From Balanoglossus misakiensis (taxonomy: Eukaryota; Animalia; Hemichordata): a DNA stretch of 64,000 nucleotides. Shown in pieces: positions 13,175 through 25,041 of this stretch. Position 1 is the first letter of the stretch; each line of letters starts with the position of its first letter. A program made the position numbers and the translations under genes. The stretch spans positions 11,776,415 to 11,840,414 of the forward strand of contig CM082582.2 in the NCBI GenBank assembly GCA_040954595.2. The letters run 5' to 3'. Under the pieces are notes generated by a model. It worked only from the letters and a program-made list of their open reading frames with translations. It ran no database searches and was not told where the DNA came from.

Positions 13175-16100
13175 CTAAACGTAAAGTCGCGGGGGTGTCC
13201 CAAAATTGGTTTCAATCAGCATGTAACCCTACAGGATGAGAAAGATCATGGTGAACATTTATTTTGCTTGATGTTACGCCTAGTAAACGTGACAGTGCAG
13301 CTGTTCGATTTCCAAGAATCTTTTGTTATCTGCTCATTTAACATTACTTACATGTAAATGATGAAAAAATGCACAGATCTCAAAAGAGTGAAGATACCTG
13401 ATTTGTAGTGATTTTGTTGTCAACATACTGCCAGTGAGGGCCAACGACTGGAAACTCGACTCCCTTAGCCAGAACACCTGGGAAACGATAGACGTGAAAA
13501 GATAACAGCGTGAAAAATTTATTCTCGGGGGGCTTCCAGTGTCAAATATCGATGATCGCATCTCAGCCTACCAGATCGTATCAATATGATACTATCACAC
13601 CACACTCTGAAATATCAGCTAAAGGATCAGCCATTACGAAAATATCTCCTTTGATAGATGTTTCGTGGGGGAAACCACGCGGAACGTTGACACAGTCTTA
13701 CGCACTACTGCGCATGCACCAGTTGATACGTACGGTTTAACCAAGGCAGACCAGCGTTGTCCACCAACTGAACCAGCGTCACCTCCATCGCGTCTTGAAC
13801 ACTTTGATTCTAAAGAGAGTTAAAATGGACAATTAATTGGTATCCACACGATGTACGTCACCTTACATTAATTCTGTCATGATTAATTTTGGCATCAAAA
13901 TGTTTATTCATATATACCCCAAGCCATTATGATAATAGGGAGGGACTTAATGATTCTATTCAACATGGACAAGACGATTCAAAAGGGGCCCTTTCAAGTC
14001 GAAATAACACCTGTGAATGTTGTAAACTTACCATTATACTGGGGAATATGGAACTTGTTAACAGAGTCCGTAACCTGTTTAAAACAGAAAACATAGAAAG
14101 GGGACATCAGAGTTCCATTTGACTCTATTCGCTGATAAATATGTGTACACAATAGCTGCAGTTTCTGATATTAGTTCTGCACTTTCATTTTTTATAAGGT
14201 AAGGACGCCGTCTATCTCTACAGCTGATTATAACCAGATTGCGCTGGCATTTTGTGATGTTCTTACCATTTCAGCTCGGCCACACCTGTCAGAAATTCAT
14301 GCTCCATACTTGGTTTGATGAGTACCTGCAACGTCTGTGGGTCGAAATTCATTCATTCATTATTTCGTTCGTTCGTTCGTTCTCTCACTCGTTCACTCAC
14401 GCACTTTCACTCTGGACGTGTGTGATCAAGTAGCCTAGAAGATGGCAGCCTAATGTGCAATTATGTGTAAAACAGTGACCAGGGGACAAAGAGAATGAGA
14501 AACAAACAAAAACACTTGATGAGACAAACCATGTTTATCGCCACAACATTGTCCTCATCAGTGGCATTGACGTCATTCGATCTCAGCGACACGCCCAGTG
14601 AAACTGTCACCAGTTGACCATCAGTCGTAGTCTCGAACATTGGTGGCGCAATCAACTCGAATAACAGAAAGAGGTCTGCGTCGGCCAAGTTTCCGATAGA
14701 CTGAAAAATGAAACAAAAACAGCTGTGTCAGGAGTCTGCCTCCATGCCTGAGATCACGTGACGATTCTATCCAAATCATAACCAGAAAATGTATTTACAA
14801 CTTCATCTCTGCAGCCGTGTTGCACGTATTGCTAGAGCATGACTTACCTTTAGAGACGGAATATCAACGCCGAGATCGAGATCCGGCAGTAGTTTATGGA
14901 GCTGTGATTCTTTCGGGATCTGAGGGATCTGGGGGATCTGAGGCAGCTGGGGCAACTGGGGAAGCTCAGGAAGCTGTAGGGACAAAATGTTATTTGACAT
15001 TGTTAGGAAATAGAGAACAGATGTGCAGCGGTGGCAGCGACAACTGAAATGCAGTCCTTTCTATGTCTCTTTTGTCAATTAAAAAGCCAAAATAATTACC
15101 TCGGGAAGTGATATATCGAGATCAAGATCCTCCAGTCCCAACATCCTTCTGATCTCTTCATCATCCGGGACTCTTGGGACCAACTGCCGGGACAAGAATA
15201 GACATTGTCATACGAGTTGACTGTAAATATCCAACAATCTCAATATTGCTCCAACCAATCGTGTTAGCAATTCATCCTAACAAAAAGCAAAGGCTCTATT
15301 ACTTCTGAAGACGATGAATCAAATGCCAGTGATCACAAATTAATGTCTGCTTACGTCATCAATGTTTAACAGGTCAACGGCATACTGCATGGCTCCTGAT
15401 TTGTACAAGGAATAGCCGAATGTATCGAAGACGTAGTCTGTTATCCAGATGTACAGCATCTTGGAGGTCTCGTCTGTTCGGTTGATTGCGGGCGCCTCGA
15501 AAGGAATGTCTCCATCGCTATTGGTATGGTAGACCTTACCCTGAAATGAGACGTTTTCTTTATGTAATACTGGTAGGTTATTTTTATGAACAGAAGAGCT
15601 TATGAAGAACCACGCATATAGAGGCTCAAAGGGGACGTGACGATTGGGGTTCGTATTTGTACACACATAGTGAAGGTAGACTGACTAACCGTGACGCTGA
15701 TGTCGGCGTAATCTTTAGTGAAGACAGGTGCATTGACCAACTTGAAGTCGATGTCTAAGACTCCATTGAAGATTGGTGCCGACACTGTAGATAGAGAATA
15801 ACCATAAGCAATTTGAAGTTGGGAGGCCTTTACTAGAATAATTAAGTCCACACAAATTTGACTGTGTCCCACATTTGCGACACAATTATTAGATTTTTCA
15901 ATGTGTTCACGTCCTCCTAACATAAGTAGGCCTACTCAGGCTACTGTTAATGAGATAACGGCAGCAATGACTCATGGTGCTTACTTGGAACGGCGTGCAG
16001 CTTATCAGCCAGTTCTCCGACGTTCACACTTATTTCGCTGCAGATGTTGTCAACAATGTCGGCTTTAATTGATGACGCAACGGACCTGATAAAGAGCCGG

Positions 16101-16573
16101 TACAGCCAACTGAAAAAAGAGCAGTCAAATTACACATAAGAAGGTCGTCACGTGTAATATTCCGCATTCTTTGCATTTTTTGCTAAACTTTCAGGTAGAC
16201 ATGGTGTAATCTCATTCTTGTTCTGACGCAGTTAGCTAGTTAAAATATTTTAAAAAGCGGCAACAGCAACAATACAATCCAACGGAATCTATCAGACTCA
16301 ACAATAGACGCTAACTGCGTAAGCCTATACTGGATAAGACTAGATAAGACACAAGAGTTTGCAATATCACAGATTAAAAAGCTGGGCATAAAGTTAAACA
16401 TTTGAATTAATGATAAACTGCGATTTGTAAAAAAATGAAAGACTGAGACTGGGTTGGTAACGAGAAACCCACCTGGCGCCTCCAGACAGAGTAATGTCAA
16501 TGTCATCCAAATGAGCTGAACAATTGCCAACCGACATCACGGGATAGCCAGAGTTATCCATGTCTGAAAAGGG

Positions 16574-16652
<79 letters not shown>

Positions 16653-18525
16653 CAACCACCATCATCATCGAAAACACATCTGCCTATCGCTTACATAAAA
16701 AAATCACGAACTCACCGAAGAAAAGTTCAAGGTCAAGATCAATGCCATCAGCACTGACTAAGAATGTACCGCTATCTCGGACCGTGAAGCTGCATTGAGT
16801 AAAAGAATAAGAAAAATCATGTGTATTTAAGTGTTGCTAAAGTTGAATATTGACAAGTTCTTCGTGGCATCGACAGCCTCCAAGTGAACGACTGAACTAT
16901 GCTTTGGATTCAGCATGGGAAAAACCTCCTGAAAAGTCTCTCCCTATAAATGACCTGTTTTGGAAACTCGCATGTTTGTTATCAGCAATCCTGCCAGTCC
17001 CTAAATGAAGCTCGTTCCTATTTAAGTATAGATCATGAAAATCTTGGTTTACTTACAAAAAGGCTCCGTATGAATACTGCCAATGTCCATTCACTGTGGC
17101 ATAAGCATCTGATATTTTGAGGTTCAGTCCTTTCCCCGGTATTGGATGTAAGTCAGCTTGTGGTGTGTCAAATTGAACGATGTTTATCCTTCATTTTTAA
17201 AATAAAAAATGTTTGTTTAAATAATAAATAATAAACTCACATACAATGAACAGATGTAGACATTAGAATGTGTACACGTTTCGAGAAAACGACACAAACG
17301 GTTATTTGTACGATGTTATCAGTTTAATAGTGGAATTTTGTTTGAATCACAGTTTTTTTTATTCAAAAGTATAATCGTTAATAAATCTTACTTGTTAACG
17401 TTGTATTGCACTTTCCCAAAAATTGTTTTGGAAGTGCCATTGTAGTCAGGTAATTTGTTGTTGCTTACTTCATCGGCAAGTTGAGCAATAATATTCCGAA
17501 TGACTGTCGACAAAAAGGAGAAAATTAGATTACTTATATTGGACAAGACTGGAATCAAAATAAACTCTATTGGAATGTTTTACTTCTGGCTTATCTAAGT
17601 CTTGTATCGGTGACACCCCCTACCCACGAAAACTTTTGGCCTTTTCCTGTTATTATTAATCTCTGCACGTGTTTACGAATAAGCCTGACCGGATGATGTT
17701 CGCTGATTCTGTTTGTTATAGATTGACACCGGAACGTTCGTGATCGTTCAGATATTATCAAACAATGTCTTTTTTATCAGTTTGACCCGATCAGCGTATG
17801 GACGTTTACAGTGTGCTAAATGTACCCTTTGACAAGCGAGGCCATCTTTATCTTCTGGGCCTATCGTTTCCATTCATGAAGTCAAGGACAATCCGACATT
17901 GTTCGAACAGATCACAATATGTGCCGGCATAGTTCCGACAAGTGTCTGGAAAAATTGGCAAAACCATCAGTGACATCATATACTATCGCGTACCTGTACT
18001 TTACCATTTCATCAATTGTGGAGAATCGCTATTAGATTGGGCCGCAACAATGTGCATGTGACTGGTACCATCACCCTACAAGAATTTCTAACTTCCAGAG
18101 CTCAACAGGTCGATGACCCCCCCCCCCTCAAACAGACATAACAAACAGGTGGATATCGCTGTGCATGGCGCAGTAGTGTTGCCGACAGCAAGAACTTGTA
18201 CATTTTAATACCGTGAAATTCGAACTACATCTTCATAACGACTTGAAAATGATCCTGGTTGTGTTTAAACTTCAGTACTTTGACTCGAGTCGTATCGTGT
18301 GTACCGCACTTGGTCGATGCGCTTAGCAATGTGATGCGTCGTTCGCTCAATTTTTTTGTTGGAAAGGAGGAAGAAAATTGCATACTCACTGTTGTTAAAA
18401 CCCGATTGAGTGAATCGTCCGATTATACCAGGATTCTTGGCATCAGCAATTGGAGGCGGCGCAGTTGTACTGCCGTACGCACTGCCGACAACCAAGCACA
18501 AGCATACTAACTTTGCAACGCTCAT
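13175..18525 (-). CDS. BPI/LBP (TULIP) family secreted lipid-binding protein, 16 coding exons
   Basis: Exons (minus): 18525-18390, 17503-17392, 17188-17057, 16789-16716, 16563-16473, 16109-15985, 15784-15690, 15540-15355, 15183-15100, 14973-14848, 14700-14530, 14325-14267, 14074-14032, 13809-13734, 13477-13398, 13228-13175; all phases are compatible. Signal peptide MSVAKLVCLCLVVGSAYG; NPGIIGRFTQSGF, KLPDYNG, PGKGLNLKISDA, SGGASWLY, conserved Cys pair (GNCSAH / DNICSE), MLYIWITDYVFDT, LPWLNRVLAKGVEFP. Confidence 0.9.
16574..16651. repeat. (ATC)n microsatellite, about 26 units, in the intron just upstream of BPI/LBP exon 5
   Basis: Uninterrupted atc repeats; source of the spurious poly-Ser ORF 16560-16757. 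Confidence 0.97.
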
Positions 18526-19360
18526 TCTCAAAGCGAACAAGTCTTAATTTCGCTCGCGGGGGAAAGAGCGCAATACAGTTCTGAATACCTCGTTGTGCGT
18601 CAGTTCGGAGGCCCAGCTATCTCTTGTGCGTTCCTAGCAGTAATGATGCAAATTACTGCAAGTGGGAGCTTTTAATCTTATGATCGAGTGATGCATACTG
18701 GGCGAATCAGATAAGAATTTGCCAACTGGGTAACCGTGGAATTGTCGTGTTTACCTCGCGGTTATAATCCGTTCAGTACACGAACTTTCTAAGAACCCAA
18801 AGGGATGTTCGTCGTTTCCACCGACATCTGATAATTATGTCACTGCTCCTGACGCACATATAAGCTTCAAGTTCTGGCGTTTCGTTAGTTTATAATTTCT
18901 GTACTCGTTTTAACGGCACGGCTTTATTATTTTCTGTTGGCTTTGGCCTTTGACAGGGTAACCTATTTTGCGCCGTTTCTTGTTATCAGACCGATTTACG
19001 GTTTGGCTCCGATGAAATACAGGGGAAAGCGAGAAAGGAGTTGATTTATTTGGCAAAAACGCCCTCTGTGGCCAGATGGTTGAGATCGTGCATCGATGCC
19101 ATTATCGGGTCCTTTATATCAGAAATTGTCTTTCTCTCTTTATTTCATGCAAAAATCATCTGAATATTTACTGAGCACAAACTCACTAGCAAACGACAAA
19201 TGCGTCACAGTACTCCAGTCGAACATTAAAAAAAACATTGCAAATAAAAACAAGTTCTGTCACATGAGAAACGTGTAAATAAAAATAACTGAAAAGACCA
19301 ACTGAAAAACAAAAATAACAGCAAAAGCGCAACAGCATTTCCTAACCTGACAAACACAGT

Positions 19361-21030
19361 TTATCTAAGTGTAAAGTCAACTGGTGTTGAAGTCCTGTGA
19401 TCAGAAAACGGGAACGGCACTTTGAATTTCTGACACATGTTTCTCAGTGTCTGTTCATACTGTTGGTTGAGTCGGGCCGACTGCTGTAGGGCATACTTCA
19501 AGTCTTCAATTTCGTCAAAGAACCCCTGCAAGTAATAAACAACGACATGAATTTCATGATGAAAGTGCTAGCATCATAAGAAAATAGTGGCAGTGATAAT
19601 CTGTAGCTCTGAATGAATCTTGCATTTTTGATGAATTAATTCAGCAAATGGAAACACACCGTGTGCAAGTTCACAAATAATACAGACCTCATCTAAGCCT
19701 TTCAGTTCCTTCTTCAGTTTCTTTTTATCCTTGACCAAACTGTTTCGTTCCTTTTTAACCATCTCCAATTCACTTCTCAAATCTGAGGAAAGAAACAACA
19801 TGCATTGTCATTTCAGAAGTATGAAAATCCCACCAATGTCTGAATAAAACCCATATAAATTCCAGAACCCTATTTGTTAGATAACACACTGGTACATTGT
19901 GACCAAGACATTCAAAATCTCACAAACCGAGAGATTCATCGAGTGATCTTGACCGTCTCCTTCTTCCCTTTGCACTCCTTGGGGATTTTCTCTCCAGTTC
20001 TTTGATTCTCTGCTTGGCCACAATCAAAGCCTGCTCCAAATCATGTATTCTCAACTGTGCAATACAGAAACAAAGTTAAACATTTTCAATCAACTCTGAC
20101 TTTTGGTCTACTGGTATTTTACTAGGATCTGGGTACGATCAAATCACTGCAGATCTGCAGAAAATGATAAAAATCTGACTCACATTCAGAGCTGCAATAG
20201 TTTCTATATGGTCTGTGTTGGCTTTCACTTCTTTTTCATATCGTCTCATCAGATGGTTATGCATGGACAGAATCCTGTAAACATAAATTATTCCAGATTT
20301 AACAGTTTTCCAGCATTCTCAAAATATCAACAACGGATGATAAAATTCTGCTAAGTTTGAACACAGCTCTTAGCATGTGTGTATGTGTGACACATTTACA
20401 GCAGACTTACTTGTTAATTCTTTCATTCTCATCACTTTGTTTGTCTGTCTTTTCAGTCACAGCCTTCTGTGCTGGTCGTCTGTAGGACTGATAGCCAGGT
20501 GGTTCAGTTTGTACAGCAGTACTGGAGGGGGAAATCAATCAACCACTCAATCAATCAAAGGAATTTGTAGAAGTATGAAAGTCTACTCAGAAGAAGATAA
20601 AGGAAATCTATGATGCTACATCAAACATACTTTCTGGTCGTCACATATTCCTTCAAGACTCTTTCAAGTTTCAGTTTATCGTTGATCTCTGTCAGCTGAT
20701 GTTCCAATTCGGCATTCCTCCGACGTAATTTCTTCAACTTTCTTGTTATGCGCTGGTTTTCCTCTGTAAGCTAGATACGTAAAGAAAATTTATCCTTTCC
20801 AAACTGAAGTTTTTATCAGTGGATTTTATCAAAACACAGCCTGCAATGAATCCGCAGAGTCGGCTAGCTACCGATCTGACATTTCATGTCAAAACTTGTT
20901 CCCCACTCCATCCAAGTCCATTCAGTCAACAGGAAAAAAAACTTCACGGATTGTGTTGCTCTTGAGAACTTGCCTTGAATTAATCACCTACCTTGGAGCA
21001 CATGTGTATCGAGGGCATTCCCATGTCCAT
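19361..21030 (-). CDS. Small coiled-coil protein with a CEP290-like C-terminal motif, 7 coding exons
   Basis: Exons (minus): 21030-20992, 20770-20631, 20521-20411, 20274-20184, 20054-19928, 19782-19688, 19525-19361, in frame. Heptad-rich (LTEENQRITRKLKKLRRRNAELEHQL). KKELKGLDEGFFDEIEDLKYALQQ resembles the CEP290 C-terminus (KELENFDPSFFEEIEDLKYNY). Confidence 0.78.
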
Positions 21031-21604
21031 GACATTTGTATCACTAATTGCGATCCAGCAAAGTTAGAGTACTAGTTTGTTGATGTCCCGTTTTCAGCTT
21101 TCAAATGGTCGCGGGGACCATGAACGAAGTGGGGGATTTTTAGACTGTGTCCTCGTAACCCAAAGAAAACGCTCATATTAATATAATAATGCGCGTTTCA
21201 ACAATTTAAATGTTGTATTATCTAGTTAAAGATACGTAATACAATTATACACTATGTTTTCTTAATTTTAATCACGCTAAGATTTTCTAATTAAAAAGGT
21301 AGTTGAGACGAATGCACGTACTATGAATTATATCACTGAAAAACATTATCGTCCGAACCCGGAAGTGATCAATAGCCATCGACGTACGTGATAATCGGAC
21401 AGGCGAGTATTTCTAGGAACCTAAAAAGCGAAAATCTTTCACATATACTCCGAGCAGGTTAGTTTATGTCATCGTGGGCGTAAAATTCGAGAACAGTTCT
21501 GCGATAAATACAGTGATCGTCCCGTACGAGCCGAAATCGTCAGCGACTGTAGGCTGTAGCGTGTTAATTTGATCATTGATCGACCAGCACGTCACTACAC
21601 GGTC
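21031..21604. promoter_or_regulatory. Putative bidirectional promoter between the coiled-coil gene and RNF166-like
   Basis: Head-to-head ATGs 575 bp apart; ETS site CCGGAAGT at 21359-21366; locally CpG-rich. Confidence 0.6.
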
Positions 21605-23174
21605 ATGGCCAGCGGAGTGGGATATGCACTTGCTGCATCCTCAAGTTCTGTCGGAAATCCAGAGGATACATTCATTTGCTCAATATGCTTAGAAGTTTAT
21701 GATACTCCAACCACCATCGGATGCGGACATACGTAAGTCGATTTGAAACGAACGCACATATATTTTGACAACTGCAATGCATTACACATTTAATTTGTAA
21801 CCACTTATTCCCTGTGGAATAACCGTATTCCAAGATTCAGACACGTTTTCTGTATGTCTCTAACCGATAAATGCACAGTGTACCACAAGTATGCTTCAAA
21901 CCGTTACACACCTTTGACCTCACTGGTGGAAGTCCGTCAGTGTGTTCGCAATACACTGTAAACACACACACCCAACATATAACTTACAATCATCATCATC
22001 ATCATTGGACATCTGTCCTACAGATTTTGTGCGGAATGCTTGAATCCCTGCATTGAAGAGTGCAAAGTATCAAAGGCCATGCCGCGATGTCCGTTATGCA
22101 GGAAACCGTTTGACTTAGCTACAAAGGAAAAGAATCGGGAACTACACAGAAGGATGCAGACAACAAGGACCAGCTGCAAAGCTTGTGGATGTAAAGTAGG
22201 CAATTTTTTATTACCTACATGTCTTTGTGAGTAGCTTATGTCACATATAGACTGACATTTTACATTGAATAGCATTCCATGAAAGTTTCACTCAGGTCAT
22301 CAAAAGAGTGGGCAGTAGAGGCAGCTGACCATGACCTGTACATGACTTATATCTTGGTACAATGTACATGTATGTTTATATTTCAGGTGCGGTACTCCAA
22401 GCTACGAATCCATAATAGTACATGTATCAAAGCCAATGATATTCCAATTCGAAAATTTACACCAGTAGCGCCTACCTCTCAAGTCTTTCCAGTGTAAGTA
22501 TACTACAGTATAATCTTCTCCAACCCTTTTCATGTACATATCCTTTTAGTGTACTGCTATTATCATGTGTAATGGTGTTGTGTTCCTCCTATGTCCAGGG
22601 ATTCCCCAAATAGATCCACATTCCATTGTCCGTTCTGTGAGCTGTCGAATCTGGACACTTTGGGACTGGTCAAACACTGCAATGAGAAACACAAGAGCGT
22701 TCATGAACCGGCGGTAAGTTACAGAGAACATATCCTTCATTGTCCATCATGTTCAAACACTGACAACCATGGCCCATGTTATTCTTATATGTACAGCAAT
22801 TTGTTCTTTTATCAAGACAGCTTCCGACATTGATAATCAGGCTATCATCTTTCTTGCCTCTTGAAGGTTTGTCCGGTATGTGCGTCGATGCCGTGGGGAA
22901 ATCCGAACCAACAGAGTGGCAATCTGGTACAGCATCTCAACCTCAGGCACAAGTTCGAATATGAGACTTATGTGGTGAGTGGACTGCATCTGAAAGTGAA
23001 TCTGCACATGATGCTAGCTTGATTTGTCATAGGCACTTTATTACTTGGTGAAACTCTTTGCTTTGTTTGCTATAAACATGCTATTATTTTGTCTTACTTC
23101 ATCAGGATTATGAAGCTGACGATGACACCATGTTACGAGCTGCAATAAACGCCTCTCTTCAGGACCCGATGTGA
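21605..23174 (+). CDS. RNF166: RING-type E3 ubiquitin ligase RNF166-like (RNF114/125/138/166 RING-Di19-UIM family), 6 coding exons
   Basis: Exons 21605-21732, 22024-22195, 22387-22493, 22599-22713, 22867-22974, 23106-23174. [27 protein letters not shown]; C2HC CKACG..H..C; [11 protein letters not shown]; [13 protein letters not shown]; [16 protein letters not shown]; UIM-like [12 protein letters not shown]. Confidence 0.9.
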
Positions 23175-24636
23175 TGGATGTGGCCATCTCAAATCTCAGT
23201 GTAGTGGGCAGACTCCCATCATAACTCATAACTGAGATTCTAAAAAAATGTTCTTCTTTCAACTACAAATCTTCATGAATACACTGTAGAAGAAGTATTT
23301 TCTCAGCCAACAACATAACATGGCTATTACAAGTTTTCGCTCGTAGCTGGCTATTTGTACCTGTAGCTTCTTGTTTTCTCCATGTTGTCTTGTGAGGAGT
23401 CTGAGAGAGGGAAGTGACTCTCCTAATTTTTTTAAGGATAGAGAACTAATATTGTTATCAATGTGCATTAGAATTTCTTCAATTTGTGGTAGAGAATACA
23501 TGTAGCTGTTACCGAAGGATTTCCAAAAAGTTTTACTTCATTCATTGAACTACAGTGAACTACATTTTTGTTCAAGATTAAAGTTTATGACTTGAATAAA
23601 ATATTACCTGTCTTATGAGGACACTAGTTCTATAGCAATGTGTATATGGATGTAGGCGTTTCTCATCAGCGAATAATGACATCTGGACGCGCATCTTTAA
23701 AGAGGAGATCACTGACGTCGTCTAGGAAACCATTGTTTGGAGCGGGTTGGGGCAGCTCTAGCAACTCACACACGAGCGGATAGATATCGACCTGTAGAGG
23801 AAGGATCGGTAAACCAGCTGATGAGCGAATTTACATACAGTGATTGATTGTGTTGTTTGTGTGATTGTGTGGCGTGACTAGCATATTAAGACATGTGACT
23901 ATTTAAACTCTTTCAAATATATTCGGCACATGATTTCATCATGCATGACCCCATAGCTCCTCATCAGGTATTGACATAAGTTGGATCGCTGCCAAAACCA
24001 CTGATATGTGTGCCGTGTGCAAAGTCGCCCATAAACTGTCGACTGTTTTAAAAACACTGCGCAGCGCAGACTGCCCCACAAAAGTGGCACATCTGCCAAG
24101 TAGCATAATACTGACAGCTACCTGTTGAGGAAAGTAAGTCGCAGTTGTATATTTTTTTAACTTTTTTGGTGGGAAAGGCGGTTGCTTACATTTAAACATA
24201 GCTTTATTCAATGACTAGAAAACAAGGAAATGTTGGAAATATTCTGTTTACCGAAGTTACTGAAGTTCATATGCGCTTTTGTTTTGTTTTGCTGTGAAGT
24301 ATGTACACACTAGGAAAAAAATAAGAAATTTTAGAAGGAGTGTTTGCTATTGGGAAAATTGTTCCACATTTCGTGCGACTGTCAAATGGGATACCGCAGG
24401 CTCGGCATTGTCCAAAAAATCTATCCTGGCTAAGATCGCACGTTTTGGAAACGATATATTTTCTGCAATGCTATTCTGCAAACCTTTGCAACTCAAAGCT
24501 TTTGCAACCCAAACTCAAGGTAAAGCCGTATTGAATATCTTTCTATTAGTGTGAAATGCTAGGTTTTAATCACAGTTATGAATAACCCCACCTGCACAGC
24601 CACACACAAATTCTGCTCGCACATACGCAATCATTT

Positions 24637-24912
24637 CAAACCGAAAGCGAAAGCGGTGAGGTCTCATGACATTCAGTCATGTAGGCAGGCAGGAATTATA
24701 TCCTTTATGCTGTGTACGAAACCCAAACAAGTTGAATATAGAAATGATGTCATTGCAAACGTTAGAAAGTTGATAATATTTCTTTTCAGATCTAGGTCTA
24801 AGATTTGCACGTGCCTTGAAAACTGTCGGATTTACCAAACCCTAATTCATTTGTCCTCACAAAATCTCTATCATTGCTAATATTTAGCTACCGTTATTTT
24901 AGCTTTCGTTTC
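24637..24912 (+). promoter_or_regulatory. IRF-E/ISRE-like elements upstream of the VWA-MIB/HERC2 gene
   Basis: CAAACCGAAAGCGAAAGC at 24637-24654, where GAAAGCGAAAGC fits the IRF-E consensus GAAA[GC][TC]GAAA[GC][TC]; AGCTTTCGTTTC at 24901-24912. Motif match only. Confidence 0.45.
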
Positions 24913-25041
24913 GTCGTTCCAAAGGTCAGATTCGCTGTTAACCTCTCAAACTATCCGCAGGTACGTCCGGTACCACCCATTGTCCTGTTTACCAAACGTA
25001 AATCATACTTTTCTGTGCTCAGACACAAGTGGTCAGTCAAC

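Noticed and set aside
13572-13606. Possible extra 35-nt BPI/LBP exon (tttcag|...|gtaggc)
   Set aside because: Inclusion introduces an in-frame stop, and the flanking exons already join in phase.
16560-16757. Poly-Ser ORF
   Set aside because: Translation of an intronic (ATC)n microsatellite.
23652-23838. Inverted repeat CTCATCAGC ... GCTGATGAG with minus-strand CTGATGAGAAAC
   Set aside because: Only 9 bp of exact pairing, no target-site duplication and no stem II for a hammerhead; could be chance or a decayed element.
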